A stretch of 64,000 bases of DNA from Sedimentisphaerales bacterium. Its GTDB lineage: Bacteria > Planctomycetota > Phycisphaerae > Sedimentisphaerales > Anaerobacaceae. Shown here in pieces: positions 62,301 to 64,000 of this stretch. Position numbers and translations under genes: made by a program. The stretch lies in contig OY970194.1 of the NCBI GenBank assembly GCA_963708075.1, positions 3,904,001 to 3,968,000 of the forward strand. The letters run 5' to 3'. Each line of letters starts with the position of its first letter. The stretch's first letter is position 1. Under the pieces are notes generated by a model. That model saw nothing but the letters and a program-made list of their open reading frames with translations, was not told the origin of the DNA and did not search any database.

Positions 62301-62833
62301 GGAGAATCCAGGAACCCCCAGGCCTCGCCGCCGTCAGGGAATCGGCCATACGAGACATCGGTGAGCTGTTCGCCGAACACGACATGATCGAGGAGAGCGT
62401 CATCTGTACCGAACAGTGCAATCTCCTCACCCCCGACGTTCAATCCGAAGCTCGCGTGCAGTCCTGCATCCGCAGCATCACGGTCGAGCCAGACGATAAG
62501 GTACCCTTTCGCCGGTATGGTTGTGAGGCCCGCCTGATCTCCCGGGATCCGCCACTTCATCGGGACGCTCAGGTAGTCGGTCATGTACATGTCTGCGACA
62601 TTCACCGGACCGTCACCCGGATTGTATAGCTCCACCCAATCATCGAACTGGCCCTGCGGGTCTGCCAGGACGCTGTCATTGGCCGCCATGAACTCGTTGA
62701 TGACCACACGGCCGCTCGCCAGAGCGAACGATGAGATGGCGGTCAGCAGGAGAATGCTGCTCCGAAGCACAAGACGAGCGATATGTCCGGGCTGGAGAAC
62801 CATTCCTTCCTCACAGGTTCGTAGCAGCGCCAT
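59366..62833 (-). CDS. Lamin-tail domain/CotH kinase family secreted protein
   Basis: VVINEFMA..DDWVELYN LTD, YYTLDGS repeats, LYLNGLYWGLYNPVER, WDMEYS, C-terminal LRISEIMYHP LTD. Confidence 0.87.
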   Translation of the reverse strand: MALLRTCEEGMVLQPGHIARLVLRSSILLLTAISSFALASGRVVINEFMAANDSVLADPQGQFDDWVELYNPGDGPVNVADMYMTDYLSVPMKWRIPGDQAGLTTIPAKGYLIVWLDRDAADAGLHASFGLNVGGEEIALFGTDDALLDHVVFGEQLTDVSYGRFPDGGEAWGFLDSPTPAAPNVRAYEGVVADVEFSYPRGFYDSPFEVTITCNTKNATIYYTLDGSEPGVSGTGGFETRPYSKPIAVTGTTCLRARAMKPGWKSSGVRTHTYIFLNDVLHQPGNPAGFPALWAGAGADYEMDSEVVNDPAYRDEMIPALRSSRTMSVIMDPEDLFGSQRGIYSNATGRGDSWERPTSIEIINGDGSTAYVGQCGIRIHSYSWRSHDRTKKHSLRLEFRNEYGPRKMDYKLFPDAPVDRFDSIVLRAQHGRSWAGQQYPEQAQYIRDAFARDTARDMGKIDGHATFVHLYLNGLYWGLYNPVERPDAQFGEEYFGGSDEDYDALNRRTTTNEAVDGDLNRYNEMLSLADRGLASPQAYAEMQRYVDLDNLIDFFLIHQYTTNKDGPEIFQSNNQRAIGSRIGDPKFRFFVWDMEYSIWEATDFLNINVDVPTSISHVYTKLRENPEFRLRYADRVHRHMFNGGALTPDAAAARWETRAHEIYSAIICESARWGDAQRARPYTRDVEWMAERNRLLTEYFPQRTGILLEQLKAAGLYPRTDAPVFYVNGSYQHGGHIASSDKLSMQAPNGKVYYTLDGSDPRQPIAAGEPDALTTLVAESAAKRVFVPKGPIGDAWRSNLRFNDLTWPGGTGAVGYERASGYEALIGVDVGSQMYGLNTTCYIRILFAAQSDPSEYDFMTLRMRYDDGFVAYLNGVEIARSRFAGAPQWDSRADVSHESDGSEVFDVSAHIGLLRRDSNLLAIQGLNASNTSSDFVISAELAGGKQGQVGGAVSATAIPYDGPVPLPQSTRIKSLALASDAWSALNEAVFAVGPVAESLRISEIMYHPADTGNPDDPNTEYIELTNIGTQTVNLNLVEFTEGIQFTFPSVVLAPGGYVLAVKDVEAFEGKYGQDFNIAGQYAGSLDNAGERIVLRDATGQTIHDFRFDDGWYTSTDGRGFSLVVRDPSKTDPSALSDENAWRPSLNYDGSPGLYE
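62105..62133 (+). repeat. GTAG-type REP copy 2 (inside CDS)
   Basis: Identical 29-mer to 29810-29838. Confidence 0.9.
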
Positions 62834-62901
62834 AAGGCGTTGCTTCGAATGCCCTTAAACAGACATACGTGCCGATTCTCTATTATAACGTGTGTCAGGG
62901 C

Positions 62902-62926
62902 GTAGGGGCGGGTTTCAAACCCGCCC
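62902..62926 (+). repeat. GTAG-type REP copy 3 (intergenic)
   Basis: GTAGGGGCGGGTTTCAAACCCGCCC. Confidence 0.9.
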
Positions 62927-62969
62927 AAATGCAATGGCGCCAATCCGGCACTCGTGGCCATGCCGGGTC

Positions 62970-63078
62970 CCTGGATTTGTACATGAACCAGTTGCGGGAG
63001 CTGGCCAAGACCTACGGCAAGCTGAATATCCTCGACGCCACAGAGGGACCAACGATCCGCGAGTTCACGCTGTTTTGA
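62970..63078 (+). pseudogene. Collapsed remnant of a GH29 alpha-L-fucosidase/F5/8C gene
   Basis: LDLYMNQLRELAKTYGK joined directly to LNILDATEGPTIREFTLF*. Confidence 0.5.
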
Positions 63079-63141
63079 CAGGGGGGACGCTGCCGAAGAA
63101 GCTTCTGGCGATGTTTGGGGCGATCCGGTATGATGGAGGGC

Positions 63142-64000
63142 ATGGCCACAAGCCGCAAAGTCCTGTTGACGATCGGGTGTTCGCGGGCTTCGGAGCGGGG
63201 GATGCTGCGGGGGATCGTTCGTTACTCGCGGTTCCATGGGCCATGGATGCTCTATCGAGAGCCGCCATTCTACCGCAAGCCGCCGTACTGTCCCCAGCCC
63301 AGACAGGCAAAGGCATCGACGCGATTGCAGAATCACGGGATCGACGGCATTATCGCTTTTGCCGCCAACTGTGCCCAGCTTCGCGAGTTCATTCCTCCCG
63401 GTTTTCCCGCCGTCGTCTTGCCGATCGAGGACAAGACCCCCGGTTGTTGCAGCATCGTGGAGAAGGACGACGTGGTGGGTCGCATCGCCGCAGAGCATTT
63501 CCTGGAGCGAGGGTTCGCTCGCTTTGCCTTCTGCGGATTCGATCACATGTACTGGTCAAGGGTGCGGCAGGAAGGCTTCATTCGGCGTCTGGCCAAGGGG
63601 GGATTCACCGTCCACCTGTATGAGCCCCCGGGACCATCCGCACGCGTGCCGTGGGAGGCAGAGCAGGCCTCCATGACCGAGTGGCTCAAATCGCTGCCCA
63701 GGCCGATTGGTCTGTTGGCCTGCAACGACGATCGCGCTCAGCAGGTCTTCGAGGCCAACAAGGCCGCGGACATTCGAGTGCCGGAGGAGATCGCCATCCT
63801 CGGTGTCGACAACGACGACATGATCTGCGAGTTGACCAATCCACCCCTATCGAGCGTGGCGATGAACTTCGAGGAGGCCGGGTACGAGGCGGCCGCCCAA
63901 CTGGACCGGCAAATGAAGGGCAAGGAGGTTTCCGCCAGGGAGATCCACATTCGACCCACGCACGTTCATACCCGGCAATCCACGGATGTCATGGCGGCGG
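63142..64000 (+). CDS. XylR-type transcriptional regulator (periplasmic-binding-fold domain), runs off the window edge
   Basis: Manual translation MATSRKVLLTIG...LRGIVRYSRFHGPW...AAEHFLERGF...LLACNDDRA...VPEEIAILGVDND...PPLSSV. Confidence 0.9.
   Translation, partial: MATSRKVLLTIGCSRASERGMLRGIVRYSRFHGPWMLYREPPFYRKPPYCPQPRQAKASTRLQNHGIDGIIAFAANCAQLREFIPPGFPAVVLPIEDKTPGCCSIVEKDDVVGRIAAEHFLERGFARFAFCGFDHMYWSRVRQEGFIRRLAKGGFTVHLYEPPGPSARVPWEAEQASMTEWLKSLPRPIGLLACNDDRAQQVFEANKAADIRVPEEIAILGVDNDDMICELTNPPLSSVAMNFEEAGYEAAAQLDRQMKGKEVSAREIHIRPTHVHTRQSTDVMAA

Noticed and set aside
63075..63134. TTGACA and TATGAT as one promoter
   Set aside because: About 48 nt apart, far from the 16-18 nt spacing.

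Overview
GC-rich bacterial chromosome segment. The gene content and palindromic repeats suggest Planctomycetota, possibly Phycisphaerae; this is inference, as no marker gene is present. About 1-38 kb is a sulfated-glycan degradation region: 11 Cys-type (CxPxR) sulfatases, a GH2-like hydrolase, a very large GH38+GH95-like fusion, a rhamnose transporter and mutarotase, a URO-D-family protein, a GH123-like protein, a Tat-exported enolase-family enzyme, an octaheme-TPR protein and a TolB-like/DUF6057 pair. The most unusual element is a tightly coupled 10-gene operon at 38691-53308. It encodes MqnA, a fused MqnE-MqnC double radical SAM, a reductase-SCP2 fusion, an MMPL exporter, an EhpF/GriC-like adenylating enzyme, an alpha/beta hydrolase, a two-domain U32 protein, a class III aminotransferase, a pentaheme lipoprotein and a cytochrome b/13-heme cytochrome c fusion. 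It looks like an undescribed futalosine-derived redox metabolite pathway with its own export and electron-transfer module. The right end carries a large secreted protein, a YncE/phosphoesterase, a CotH/LTD protein and a XylR-type regulator. Several REP-like palindromes are inserted in frame in genes. About 10 single-base frameshifts are present and most fall in one context (RCCGA), probably a methylation-linked sequencing artefact. No rRNA, tRNA, CRISPR array or transposase was seen.
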